In this document: positions 1 through 13,630 of the stretch, piece after piece
Numbering within the stretch: position 1 is the first letter of the stretch
Layout: each line of letters starts with the position of its first letter
NCBI RefSeq assembly: GCF_009914755.1
Contig: NC_060933.1
DNA: 64,000 bases
Origin: the human T2T-CHM13v2.0 reference genome, Homo sapiens
Direction: 5' to 3' (one strand)
Made by a program: the position numbers and the translations under genes
Notes under the pieces: generated by a model
The model's database searches: none
Seen by the model: only the letters and a program-made list of their open reading frames with translations
What the model was told of the DNA's origin: nothing

Positions 1-439
1 AACTTACCACAAATGGAATGGCATAAAAGGATACAAATTTATTATCTCACAGTTCTGGAGGTCAGAGTCCTAAAATCAAGGTGTTGGCAGAGCTGCACTC
101 CTTCTGGAGGCTCCAGGGAGAATCCATTTCCTTGCTTCTTCCATCTTTTAGAATCCACCCTCACTCCTTGACTCATGGCCTCTCACTCCATCTTTAAAGC
201 CAGCAGCATCTTCAAACCTCACCTCTGCTTCAGTCACCACTTCTCCTATTCTGAACCTCCTGTCTCCCACTTCTACACACTTTTGTTATTACTTTGGGTG
301 CATTTGGATAATCTCCCCATTTTGAGGCACTTAATTTAATTACATCTCGAAGATTCCTTTTACCATGTAAAGTAGTATATTCACAAGTTCTGGGGATTAG
401 GATGTGGACATCTTTGGGGACATTATTCAGCCTACCACA
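1..439 (-). mobile_element. MaLR LTR (MLT1C/D-like), cut by window start
   Basis: Ends ...GGATGTGGACATCTTTGGGGACATTATTCAGCCTACCACA, the reverse complement of the MLT1 5' end. Contains the typical TTTATTATCTCACAGTTCTGGAGG block. Confidence 0.85.
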
Positions 440-1009
440 GCTGATGTTTTGTAGTTTACTTAACCATTCCCATTGTTGAATACTTAGAAGGCATCCAGTT
501 TGGGGCCATTTTGATATTCCTATACTTCCTATAATTATATACTTTGACCTTCTTTTCTTTCAGATTGTGTCTCTTAAGATAAATATCCAAGTTTAGGTTT
601 CCTGGAACAAAGAGCATGAACATCTTATGTATTTGCTTCCAAATACAGTTAAATTATTGGTAAATATATAAGGATGTCAGTTTCCCTACAACGTCACCAG
701 GTTTGCTTTCTGTCAATTAAAGGTGTGTTTCCAGTTTGTTACAAAATGACATTTTATTGGTGTGTTTATTTTATTTCCTTGCTGGCTAGGTTGAACCTTT
801 TTGGAGTGTGCATGGCGGCATATGTCATTTGTATTTTGAGAATAGTGTTATGTTTATTTTGCTTTTTAGTTGTATCTGGAGCTAGAAGAATGGGGACAGG
901 ATTAGACTATTGCTTAAGTAAGGGCATAAGGCTAGCATGAATAGATGATGTATGCAGAACTATGTTGCTTTCAATTCTCCATCAAAGGAAGTGATTTCCA
1001 AAATTAAAA

Positions 1010-1800
1010 GGGTGTTACTAAAAGGGATTTGGATGACAATGAAAGAAAATCCAGGTAATTTGAATGCATTTACCTCTCTGGGGCACACTGGATTGTATCT
1101 CAGGGTTAGCAGGGTTGAAGGAGTTAGCAGGCATCATCTTTGAGCCATTGCTGGTGATTGTTGAGTGAACTTGGAGAGTGGCAGAGGTTCCAGAAGACCA
1201 GAGATATGCAAATGTTGTTCTATATAGCTTTTGACAAAGTTGAATTCCTAAAACTTTCAATGTGTGAAATGCACCCTTGCAAAATTTCTGAACTATCATC
1301 ATATAAATTATTTAGGAGTCCAGAGAAGAGATTGCATTGATCCTTAGGAACCAGCATAAATCTACTAATGCGTAGTGACCAATTGTCACATTTTCTTTTA
1401 TAAAAGGGGCTTCTATATTGGAAGATAATGCCAAAGACATCAAAGCATTTGACAAATATCTCTCACCGGTCTCCTTACGCACATAATAGAGAGATGTTGG
1501 AGGATGACAGAATAATGCAATAAATTCATAGCTGATTCTATTCATATGCCATAACATAGGTAATGACTGAGTGTTCGTCAGCCTAGAAAGAGGTTTCTAG
1601 TGGCAGGTATTTAGGGTTTTCTTGGCCCCAAACTGAAGCAGGATCCTTAGAACTTGGATAGAGATCTGAAAAATTCATATGTATGTGGCTGATGATGTAA
1701 ACCTATAGAATAAATCTTCATAATATGAACTATGAAAATAGGCCAACACCAACTAGGTACATTTAACAGAAATAATGAGAACTTCTAAAATTGAGGTTGT
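1010..1800 (+). mobile_element. CR1/L3 LINE ORF2 (reverse transcriptase) fossil
   Basis: Translation from 1115 gives LKELAGIIFEPLLVIVE*TWRVAEVPEDQRYANVV (CR1-type LKELADVI..PL..IFE.SW..GEVP.DW..ANV). KAFDK (~1442), KEVSSG (~1586) and ADD.. (~1688) follow in colinear order. Confidence 0.8.
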
Positions 1801-4309
1801 ATTTATAATTGAAACAACAGTTGATTTTCTTTATTTTTGGCCGTCTTGAATTTCACCAATTAAAAACAGTAACACTTGTATAGTGAAAATGACTTTTTAA
1901 GGTTAATTCATGTATGGTAGGAGAATGCTGGGTCCACCTACATATGGTTGCTATGAGAGCATGCTATAATAAAGAATTGCTGGACTGAGAGGAAAAGATG
2001 TGAGTACTGTTCCTGTCACCACCATAAACTAGTTGTCATCTTGGGCCAGCAGTTGGCATCACCTTCCTTGGATCTGCGTATTCTCATCTGAAAGCTGGAG
2101 ATGACAAGGGGTGGGGTGAAGTTAGTCACTTTGCTCCATTCCGGCTGTCATGTGATATGAGGCAGTACAACTTGATTCTCATGTTCCTTGGCGAGTTTGG
2201 CCAAATTTCTAGACTTTTAAATGGACCCTTCCACATATTTCTAGCTTAAACAGACCCTTTCAGGCCCTCTCTGAGAAGGGGCCCCTTTTCTTTTAATCTG
2301 CAAGTTCCTTCAGATCACCCTTCTTCAGGATCATATTAAACTATCCACATTTTCAACGCTTCAATCCAAGTTTCAAACAGTGTACTTGAGCCCACTTTGA
2401 TCTCAGGAAGGCCAACATTTTTTTTTTCTTCTTTTTGGGCTCAGGCCCATGCCTCAACATTTCTGGATGAGCCTATACCCTCTTCTTCACCGGCCAAAAA
2501 AGTTCTCCATGGCTTTACCATGGGGTCCAGCCTTCAGTTTCTTCATTCTCCGTCAGCCGACCCTGAACAATCCTGGCCACCGTTGGCATTTGATCATCGA
2601 CTGTTTCTCTAGCTTCCTCCCCAGCACCACTATTTTGATTCTGCTGTAATCTTTATGACCATTTAATTTTGAATTTTTAAACTTCATATTTTATTTTCCT
2701 ATTTCATATCTTCACATTATCATTTGTAAAGGAGTTTAAAATATTTCATGTGCCTCGATTTACTCTTGCATAGTCTGATTTTCCCCTCTTGTCAGTCCTC
2801 AAATATCATCAACTCTTTGTTTTCTGCTCTTATGGGACGCAACATTTGTACATCTTCATACAATCTAGCCTTTGGCTTCTTTTGTCTATATACTTAGATT
2901 AACCTCTCAGAGTTGGAGATCTTTGACTGAGGGATATAGTAGTATAGTTCTTGATCCATTTTGGGTACCTTTATTTTGACTGACAAAGACAAGAGGCCAC
3001 GTTAGCACATTATATTCTTTCCTTAAAACTTTAAAATATTTAAGAAGGCAGCATTTATATTTAAACATAAATTTCAGCCTCCTTCTTGGGGCTTCCCTTA
3101 ATACCAAAGTAATTTTGGTTGGAGGAATGTTTTGCAGGCTGTGATATCTCAGATTGCAACACTTCTCAGCCTGCTGTTTCCTGTGCTTCTCCTCCAGCTC
3201 CTTCCACTGAGAATTCTCCCCAGGCAGCATTTTCACGCTTTCAGTGCTCATTTCAGGCACTCTCTGCTCTGCTGTGCCTATGCATGCTTGAGGCTTTGCC
3301 CTAAACTCATGTGACCTGCATAGCTAATTTCAGGTTCTCAGTCTAGGCTTACTACTGCTGAACCCAAGAGACTGATGTATTGCCCAGACTCCTGCACGCT
3401 GTCTGCCAGCCACAGGTACATTCTGGGGTCATGTATTATGCTCCTGGTTAGCACATTGGGCAGGGAACAAGCTACCCATTGTGGCTGTGACCAGGTATAG
3501 AGTCTCTGCTTATCTGAAAAACAGTTCTTTGACCTCACTACCTGTGGCCATTCCTTCCTGCTACTGTGTCCTTGATCAGCCAGCTCCCCACCCTTTGCCT
3601 AGAAAGCATTCCCAATCCCTACCAGTAAGATAAAGGGAGCAAAACAGAAAGCCAGTTCTGTGTGGCCCAAGGCTCTGCTATATATGTGTTTGCATCCAGT
3701 GTCTGAATTTTCTCCCTGAAGAAATGGAAGATCTTGGGACGGATCTTTTGGTAAGATTTAGATGTTGCGTAGCTCCTAACAAGGCTGTATAAATAGAAGT
3801 ACTTAAAGCCTTTAGGACATGGACACTCTCAGAAAGTGTTTTTAGTTTATCTGATTTCTATACATGTTTTTGGGCTGACTAAATGTTAAGTAGTTCTAAT
3901 ACAGTATGATACAATGGGTCTCTACAGTCTCTTGGGTTCAGTGGAAGTTAAGTGGCTGTTACATGTGTAGTTCACAACAGTAGAAGACAGAAATAACCTG
4001 TGTCTTCTCCATAATCACAGAGATACCTCGCATAAGGACTAAGGTGCCTTTTAATACATTTTTATCCTGAAGCTCTCTGATAGTGGTCTTCTATGCAATG
4101 CGGGAGTTCAAACTTCATAACTAGCACTCTGGTTCAGTAGCTCTGATGAAATCACTGGGGCTCCTTTAGCAACTGAATTGTTTGCATGTCATAAAATTAT
4201 GATATGCTTCAAAGGCAAATATTTATTTAGTGAGAAATATAGGTGTGCACAGTAAGGCTTGTGCCTTCCTCATGGCGTATTTCCTTATGAAGTTCATTAG
4301 TCTCTGACT

Positions 4310-4520
4310 CTAGGCAACGTGATATAATGGGAGTGGCACAGACCATAAATGTCACAAGATCTGAGCTCAAGCCATGGTGTAGCTAGTTATCCCCGAGTTG
4401 GAAGACTTCAGGCTCAGAAGCCACTTGGTGTGTCAGAGGTCTTTTACCTACAAACCTGAGAGGGACTGGGGGAAGTTTTAGATCAGGTCATTTCTAAGAA
4501 GTCTTTTAGCTTTAAAATCT
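4310..4520 (+). mobile_element. MIR fragment
   Basis: Degenerate MIR-like sequence (GATCTGAGCTCAAGCC...TAGATCAGGTCATTTCTAAG). Confidence 0.45.
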
Positions 4521-5904
4521 CAAATTAGTATTTCTAAATGCCATTTTACCCACTTTTATATAATTACTTGCCCATTTAACCACACTTAGAAAATTAAGAA
4601 AAAATATATCTACTCTTTCATTCTCGAACACAGATAAAATCATTGTTCATGTTCTGGAGTATTAGCTTCCTTTTTTCTGAGCAGATATATCTAAGAATGC
4701 CTAAAACAGTGTGTGTACATACATTTCAAAAATTGGAATCACATATTTTTTCATAAATTGATTTTTGTTTCATTTAACATTATCCCATGTCATCTGAGTA
4801 GAACTTAGAGTTTTTATCCAAAACTAGATTTCCTTGGTCACTTTTGCAGTTTCTTTGGAATTTTCCATATCGAAGGCAATGTTATGCACTCTCCAAACTA
4901 AGCACCCTTGGCTTCTGAATGTGCTGTAAGTACAGTCAGTTGATTCCATTCCAGAGAACAAGCAGTAGAAATATCCCAGAGCACTCTGCCTTCTTGCTGT
5001 CACTGCGTGGGTAGAGACTGCCATGGCCAGGGGTCAAGGTGGAGGATGAGGGGTGACCCCTAAAAAATGATATTAGCATGTGACCAAACAGTGTCTCAAA
5101 TCGTCTCGAAAGCCCACCAATCCATTGTGGAATGACCTCTACAAATAGTTTTGCTTCTGCACAACCAGGTGAGATGGAGCTGACTCTAAGCAAAGAGATA
5201 GAGAAGGGAAACTTGGTAACCAAGCCTTTTCTTTCTGTTCTCTGCCTCCCTTCTCCACGCCTCACCTCTTCCTCTCTTTGGCATTTCTCTTCACCCTCTC
5301 TAGCCCCCCAGTTATCACTTTCTCCTCCATGGGCCCGTTACATTTTGTTCATGCTGCTGATAGAGTCCTTATCACGTATTACTAATTGGAAGATTTGGGT
5401 GGTAGTTGTTGGGGGTGGGGAGAACCAGGGTAGGTTATCATGGCCCTACTCATAAGAAGTTTATGTCTCCTCACTTCTATATGAGTTTCAGAACTGGAAG
5501 ATAATCTTAGCTGAGGTTAGAAGAACATGTGAAGCTGAAATATTACTGAATATTTAAAAATTATTTTCCACTATTACTTGTTTCCTTGCATGTGGTTTCA
5601 ATGACATTATGGGTTACATTGGTTTTGGTGGCCTTGCTTAGAATTTCAACATCAGAGAGCCTATATTAAGAAGTCCTACATTTAGTGGGAAGTTTTACTA
5701 CATCACTAGATGTACTATAAGGTCATCTAGTTTCTGATTCTAAAGTTCTATGATTTGTAGCACTGTTTCCATGGGAAAGTGCATTCCAAGTTCTAAACAG
5801 CTGAGTTTTGGATCTCAGCTCCTTTGAGAGTTGTGGACCAGTCAGACACAAAATTATCTTTAAATATACAGATAGGGGTATGTAATTTGTGTTGTATGTA
5901 GAAC

Positions 5905-6075
5905 TAACCACCATTTGAGCCCTTATTATGTGTCAAGGGCTATAATAAGAGCCTTCATACATTCACTTATTCCCCTCTTCACCATGATTGTTTGAGGTAG
6001 GCATTATTATTTCCATTTTACAGATGAGGAAGCCAAGGCCCAGCAGAGCTGAGATGTGACTGCAGAGCCGTCCAA
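5905..6075 (-). mobile_element. MIR, antisense, overlapping the exon acceptor
   Basis: GAGGTAGGCATTATTATTTCCATTTTACAGATGAGGAAGCCAAGGCCCAG matches the reverse complement of the MIR core. Confidence 0.85.
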
Positions 6076-6180
6076 CCCCAGTCCTGTGACCTTTCTCTGG
6101 TGCCTGATACCTCTCAGCATTTGAGGGCCTTTTCTCTTCCTGCTTCATCTCTAAAGGTCCTTCTAGGAGAGAGGTGAAAG
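6024..6180 (+). other. PIP5K1B: Probable non-coding 5'-UTR exon of host gene PIP5K1B (157 bp)
   Basis: Acceptor TTTCCATTTTACAG|A at 6023/6024 and donor AAG|GTAATT at 6180/6181. Host identity comes from recalled knowledge that FAM122A lies in an early PIP5K1B intron on the same strand, downstream of a non-coding exon. Not verified by alignment. Confidence 0.7.
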
Positions 6181-6529
6181 GTAATTCTTTTGAAAATACC
6201 TATTTTAAAGCAGTATTATTCCCTTCGAGAGACCCATTGATTCCCTTTGATGGAGCCCAATACCATGCTGGATCTTTGCTGTTTCTGAGTGGTGTGAATG
6301 GGCAGCTGATGTGGGTGGCCTCAGGAGCCTGTAGAAAGAGGTGCCCCAGGAAAATCTTTTACACAAAAGAACACTACAGCATCTGACTGCAAGATTCAAA
6401 TAAACACACTCAAAATGGTCTGTAGAGAATAGAGTGGTCAACAATGATGGATAGTAGGTCTCTCTCTTTTTAAAAACAGATTTAATTATAGTATTCACAC
6501 AAATCTAACTGAAAATATGAGCCAGAATG

Positions 6530-6670
6530 TTCATTTGTTCACTCACTCATCAGCTGTCAGACTTTGAATGAACGCACATATGTACCAGATTTTGTACTAG
6601 GCCCTAGGAGGGTACAAAAGTGGATGAAACATAGTCCCTGCTTCAAGGAGCTCAGAACCTAGTGGGGAGC
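6530..6670 (-). mobile_element. L2 3' fragment
   Basis: TTCATTTGTTCACTCACTCA...CATAGTCCCTGCTTCAAGGAGCTCA. Confidence 0.6.
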
Positions 6671-6730
6671 AGGCCCAGAAACCTTCAGATCCTCTGCTGT
6701 GCATTTTTAAAATAGCCCAAATACCAAAAC

Positions 6731-7022
6731 TTTTTTTTTTTTTTTTTCGAAACAGGGTTGTCGCTCTGTCTCCCAGGCTAGAGTGGCACAACTATAGCTC
6801 ACTTCAGCCTTGACCTTCCAGGCTCAAGCAATCCTCCTGCCTCAGCCTCCTGAGTAGCTGGGACTACATTTCCATGCCACCATGCCTGGCTAATTTTTTA
6901 TTCCAGTATAAAGTTGGGGTTTCGCTATGTGCCCAGTCTGGTTTCAAACTCCTGGGCTCAAGTGATCATCCTGCCTCAGCCTCCCAAACTGTTGGGATTA
7001 CAGGCACGAGGCAGGCTTGGCC
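6731..7022 (-). mobile_element. Alu (AluJ-like)
   Basis: Poly-T followed by a diverged Alu dimer with J-type CTCAAGCAATCCTCCTGCCTCAGCC. Confidence 0.9.
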
Positions 7023-9149
7023 CAAAATGTCTTTTAATGTCAGTTTTGAATGAGCTTTCATAAGAACACTGCATATGTGTGAGGAGAAATCTCTTTCACA
7101 TGGTGTAGATTTGGTAAGCAATATTTCCAATATCAGAAAGACTTGGTCAGTGTATGTTGATTTGCCAAAACCCACTGGCATATAAGGATGCTGTGGCTGT
7201 TGACTTTTCACATTTGCTTAACCAAAGTGCCAGTTTATTGAAGATGAGTTCTGTGTCATGTTTTACTGCCCTGCATGTTAAGATTTGCTTTTCATGACAC
7301 TAAGACAATGGGAGATTGAATGGGTGGAGTTAAAGAGGCCCCTGTCCTTCTATTGATTCTCCTTGGGTTTCCTGCTGAGTATGGGTTGAGGCTCTGGCCT
7401 TCTCAACTGGGTGCCAGATGAATGTACCGGGAATCCTGTTAGGGTGACATCTAAGAAGAAGACTCATAAAGCACAATATTGGGAACTCAATCAGAGCTTG
7501 TTTCAGGAGGATCAGGGCTGAGCTTAGTGGGGGTTCTTGGTGATAGGGATTCCTTCCTGAAACACATTTGTCTTCCTGGAAAAGGAGGAAGGTGTAAGAA
7601 CGAGAACCACTGATGTATGCAGGAGGTCCGTAGCCTCAGTTGCCATAGATACTGAAGGCTCTGCATGGCCTGGCCAAGGATGGACAATGTTACAAGGTGG
7701 ACCCACAAACCACAGTGATCTTCATCCTCAAGCTGGGGCATGCTGGGCCTCATTTTTGGAAAGTACATTTTCCACGAGATGTGCTAACACAATGGGGTTC
7801 TATGTATAATCTGCCTTGAACAAATAGGTTTCATGGGAGGCCACGAAAAAACAACTTCATCAAGTCTCCCACTCTCCCATTAAAATTTATTCAGTGGAAA
7901 GCATTTCCCCTGTTTTTTGGATGAAAACATATCACGTGGCTATTCTGATTCCTCATATATAATAAAAAGCCCCACTTTAATTTGCCAGATATTTAAAATG
8001 TCTAGTATCATGGGATAGTTAAAGCTTCCAGCTTCATTCATATTTATAACTGCTCCCCTTCCCCTGGCTAGGGCCTGTTGCAGGGAGAGGGGGCTGTGGT
8101 TGGAGGCTTTTTCTCTTGCTTACTCAGTAGCTATGACTTCTGGACTGGGGTGAGGGGCTGGGTGGGGAACAGGAAGGAGTGTAGGAAAGCTTTTACTAGG
8201 CAGGCGGTATCATAGGAGAGCTCTTTTTGTGTTGTGGGTGTTTAGAGTTGATTCTTTCTCTTGTGGGGCCCTTTTGTGGGTTCTTTGGAGATACCCTCTC
8301 ACCTTGTCTCTGGGGGCCTCTCACCTCCAATTTCCTTGGTGGGGCTGCTGCACTCTCTTCAGCCTAATTGCAGACTGTTTCCACAGTCTCTAGAAAGCCC
8401 ACCAATCCATTCGTACTCCTGTCTGCTGGGTTCTATTGCTGTCCAGGTGGCCCTTGTTGGGAAGACCCTAATATATAGCCCTGTACATATGCTCATGGTG
8501 TGGTCCATGGGAAACACTCACACTTCCTTTGTTCCCACCAACTGGGAGAGGGCAGGCTGCTCCCAGGGCAACTGTCGTTTCCTTTGGCTTGTCCGTCAGC
8601 ATCCAGCCAGCTCTCCAGTTCTTCAGATTTCTTAGGCAGAAGTCCCAAACAAGGTCACAGTGCCTTCCACATCGTAAGAGCCTCATGCTCTCCAGGTAGT
8701 CCTGTTGAGCCCCCTCATGAGGCTGGAAGGGGGAGAAGCAGGGAGGGGCAGGTACTCTTATCTCTTCCTAAGCTTAGTCCTTTAGGCTAGGACCAGACTG
8801 GACTGCAGCCTGCTTGCTTCAATCATTCTCTCCTTTTAGCCACCAACAAGCAGTCTGACCTACTTGTAGCCACACCGTAGGTAAGAGGTTTAAGACCAGT
8901 GAAAAAGGTTTTGGGCTATGTTCTTTGAAAAACTGCATCTAGGCCTGGCACTTCACTTTGGAACCTGGTATCTCATCCATCTTAGTGGCTTGTTTGACAC
9001 ATCCCATTTTGACATTCTGTAATACTTTCTTGGGAAGCAGGGCTTATCCTTAGCTCTTGGAGATGCACATGACACACAGCATAGAAAAGGCTCCTGGGAG
9101 TAGACAGGAATGTCCACTTCACTCCAGCCTCTTCCTCTCCTGCCCTCCA

Positions 9150-9530
9150 TCCTGCTCCAAGGGCCTGTGCTCCACCTGAATCTTCCATCCAGGAAGCTCC
9201 CTCTCTGCTGCCTGCTCCCACTCTGTGTTGCCAGCTCCTTCTGTTCCTTTAGGATTCCTTAATGTTCCTTCCTTAGTAAAGACTTCTTTGTTCAAACCCC
9301 ACCTAAGTAGATCTCCCCTAATTTTCTGTTTTCTGTTACCGCAATTCCCTTTATTTCCCTCACAGTACATCTTATATTATAAATGATAACGTTTCCAAAT
9401 AAATTATACAAGCTATTTAGTGTCTTACTCTCACATCAAATGGTAAGCCCCATAAAGGAAAATTCATGTCTGTTTTATTCGGAAACTAACCAGTGCTCAC
9501 TAAATATATGTTGAATAAATGAATGAAAGC
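9150..9530 (+). mobile_element. L2 3' fragment
   Basis: Ends with the L2 tail AAATATATGTTGAATAAATGAATGAA. Confidence 0.6.
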
Positions 9531-9596
9531 ATGAATTAAAAAGTTACTTTTGTTTAAGCTGTTCTTTCCCCACATGTCTCTCTTCTTTTGTGTTAA

Positions 9597-9926
<330 letters not shown>

Positions 9927-11429
9927 TGAGACAAGGCTTAATTTTTGGTATATTTTTCTGTTCATCATCATCTCCCCTCACCCTTTCTCTCCTCTCTCTG
10001 TCTCACTTTCTCTTTCCCTCTGGCTCTGTCTTTTTCTCTCACTCTCTTCTAACAAGAACTTAGTTTGAGGCAAGTGGAGCAGAGGTGCCACCCCATGTTA
10101 CAGATACCCACACCAAGGAGAGTTAGCTGTGAGATAACCTAAGGGGTTGATGGCAGGCATGGCCCAGAGCTCAGCACTTCCATGTCTCTTCTGGTCTTGT
10201 CCTCTCTGTGCCTCTCCTGCAGTCCTTTGTGTCCAGCTGTCATCTGGCCTTGCAGCAAGGCCTGGCTTACCACTTCCAGAACCTGCCGAGGTAGCAGCAG
10301 CCTGGCCTCGGGCTGGAGTGGAAAGACTAGTTCCCAGCCCAGAATCTATCTTGCATGGTACACAGCAAGAGAAATTCTCTTCAAGATGCAGCCCCATGAA
10401 AGCAGCATGTTTACAGGTAGTAGATCCCCAAAGTTGTCATAGCCTCCCCTAACCCCCTCACACCAGACCTGTCCCTGCCCTTGGCCCACACAGTTGGGGA
10501 TTCATGGGCTATGGGAATGTCTTTCTCCTTAGGAATAGAAGCTGGATTCTGAAGGAAGGCGCTGGACTTGAACTAGGCTTGGCGATCGCCTTCCCTCTCA
10601 TTCTTTCCCTGCCTACTCCATAGACAGTCCTAACTCTGGCCACAAGTCAGAGAATTTCACATTCCTCCCTTAACAAGTTTTACTCCGTATAAGGCCCTGG
10701 GGGCAGTCTAGATTTCCTGGGCAACAACTTGGGTGTACTTGCTTCAGGAGGAGGAGGAGGCTTATCTCGTATGTGCACATTCTTCTGGTGTGTCCTATCT
10801 GGTTATTATCAAATCGAAACTGCAGCAGTTGAAGTTTGTTGCTTAATTACTGTCTGTTGATTGTAAAATAATAGACCACCAATTTTGTTGGTTAGTTATT
10901 ACTGCCACGTCGTTATAAAGTGCGCGCTGTAACATGGCAGTGTTTTCCTTTATGCTGTCTTTTTGATGAGTATCATTATTTACACTAATAATAATGGCTT
11001 GCGTTTGAAATATGCTTCAGAGTTAACACAGCACTTCCATTTTATTATCTCATCTGGCTCTGTTATAAGGAAATGCAAGCAGGCAACTAATTTTAGGAGA
11101 GTTGGAGGTAAAATTTTTATTCTAGAAATTACTATAAATTTTGGCATAATATAGCTTCTTTTTACAGCAAGTACTTATTACTTTAGTTAAAAAATCAGAA
11201 GCGAATTTTAAAATTGTAGATTTGCTGTTTTTTTTACACCTTCTTGTCATAATCCAAAAAGTAGAGTACTAGAAGACATATTCAGTCCAGGGTCATATAA
11301 AATCATAATATCTTAGCTAGAAGCCACTCCTCTAGAATTTGATCCACAGTATGGTTTAACACTACATTGTAAGGAAATGGATTGTCTACCCCAGAGTTTG
11401 CTTAGCATAGAGGCTTCATTTATGTATTT

Positions 11430-11765
11430 ATTTAGGTAAAACTTATAGAACATAAAATTAACCATTTTATTATGAAAAATGGAGGTGAACACTACCTCTA
11501 TCTAGTTCCAAGATATTTTCACCATTCCAAAATAAAACCCCATCCTCCCTAAGCAGTCACTCCCCATTCCCTACTCCCTGTAGCCCGAGGTAACCCCTAA
11601 TCTGCTTTCTGTTTCTGTGGATTTAACTGTTCTGGGTAGTTCACATAAAAGGAATCGTACAATCTGTGTCATTTTGTGCCTGGCTGCTTTCACTTAGCGT
11701 AATGTGTTAAGGTTCATCCACGTTGTGACTTGAGTCAGTGCTTCATTCCTTTTTACAGCTGAATG
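11430..11765 (-). mobile_element. L1M (L1MB-like) 3' fragment
   Basis: CTAATCTGCTTTCTGTTTCTGTGGATTT...CTTTCACTTAGCGTAATGTGTTAAGGTTCATCCAC. Confidence 0.75.
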
Positions 11766-11935
11766 CCCAATATTTTTAATATCAAAACATTTCTGGGATT
11801 ATGGAAACTCCAGCCCCACAGACACACAGTCCCACCATATCCTTCTCTCCACTGGCAATGACTTCTCACAAATGTGGGATTTTAGTCCATAATAAAGTAC
11901 AAATGCTAAAGAAGCATGTGTAGTTATAGCTGTAA

Positions 11936-12431
<496 letters not shown>

Positions 12432-12479
12432 GGGTTTCAGATCTTTTCTCCAGCCTCTGTAGGTGACAATGTATAAAGA

Positions 12480-12610
12480 AAAAAGAATGAGCTTCTGAGG
12501 TGGACAGAGCTGGGTTCAAATCCCGCCTCTACCCCTTGTTAGCCATTTGTCCTTGGGCACATGACTTGAAGTTCCCTCATGGTAAAATGAGAATAATAAT
12601 ATCTACTCAT
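12480..12610 (+). mobile_element. MIR fragment
   Basis: CTGGGTTCAAATCCCGCCTCTACC...CCTTGGGCAC...GTAAAATGAGAATAATAAT. Confidence 0.7.
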
Positions 12611-13077
12611 GGTCCCCCAAAGATATCCACATCCTAATTCTTAGAACTTGTAAATATTACCTTATTTTGAAAAACAGTCTCTGTAGATGTGGTTGAATTA
12701 AGAATTTTGAGGGGATTACCCTGTATCATTCAGGTGGGCCCTAAATATTTTACAAGCATCCTAATGAGAAAGAGGCAGAGGGGAACAGAGAGGGACATGC
12801 AGGGGAAGGTGATGTGAAGACATAGGCAGGGAGTGAAGTGATGTGGCTACCAGTCAAGGAGTGCCAATTCTGGCAGCCACCAGGAACTGGAAGGGGCGAG
12901 GGACAGAGTCCCCCTGTAGCCTCCAGAGAGAGCATGACCCTGCCAGCACCTCAGATTCAGCCCAGTGACATTGGTTTTGGACTTCTCGCCTCCAGAACTG
13001 GGAGAGAATAAATTTTCGTAGTTTTAAGCCACCAAATTTAGTGTAATTTGTTACAGCAGCCTCAGGAAGTGAATGCA
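12611..13077 (+). mobile_element. MaLR LTR (MLT1C-like)
   Basis: CCCCCAAAGATATCCACATCCTAAT...CCTCCAGAACTGGGAGAGAATAAATTT...TTTGTTACAGCAGCC. Confidence 0.85.
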
Positions 13078-13206
13078 CTTCTCTTATAAGGTAACATGAC
13101 CACCTGTAACCACATGTTACAGTTTGTTTTCCTCCTAAAAAGGACAGAAGTCCTTCTATCAAAGGTGTTTCTCAAGCTTTAAGTACAGAGGTTAAGAGTT
13201 TGAGAG

Positions 13207-13414
13207 CAGGGCTTCTCAACCTCGGCACTAATGACACTTAGGGGCCAGAACATTCTTTGTTGTGGGGCGGTCCTCTGCCCTGAGGATGTTCAGCGGCATT
13301 CCTATCCACTAGATGCCAGTAGTTCCTTCCCCCTAGTTACAACAACCACAAATGTCTCCAAACATTGCCACACGTCAACTGGGGGACAAAACTACACCCT
13401 GTTGAGAAACACCA
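13207..13414. mobile_element. MER20 hAT-Charlie DNA transposon, nested in a MIR
   Basis: TIR-like ends CAGGGCTTCTCAAC / GTTGAGAAACAC. Internal ACAAATGTCTCCAAACATTGCC. MIR sequence on both flanks. Confidence 0.85.
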
Positions 13415-13630
13415 AGGTAGAGTACAAATTAAGTACAGCTTAATCCCAGCTCCATCACTAAGTAGCTGTGTGGCCATGGGCAAGTTAGGCACCCTCTCTG
13501 AGCCCCAGTTTCATTATCTATAAAATAATAACAGTCCCTACATCACAGGGTTGTTGTAAGGATATTCAAATGATGTAATATGTGTAAAGGCTTCAGAACA
13601 GTGCCTGGCAAATTGCCAAGTATTTAATGC
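13415..13630 (+). mobile_element. MIR
   Basis: AATCCCAGCTCCATCACTAAGTAGCTGTGTGGCCATGGGCAAGTTA...CAGTTTCATTATCTATAAAAT. Confidence 0.85.
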
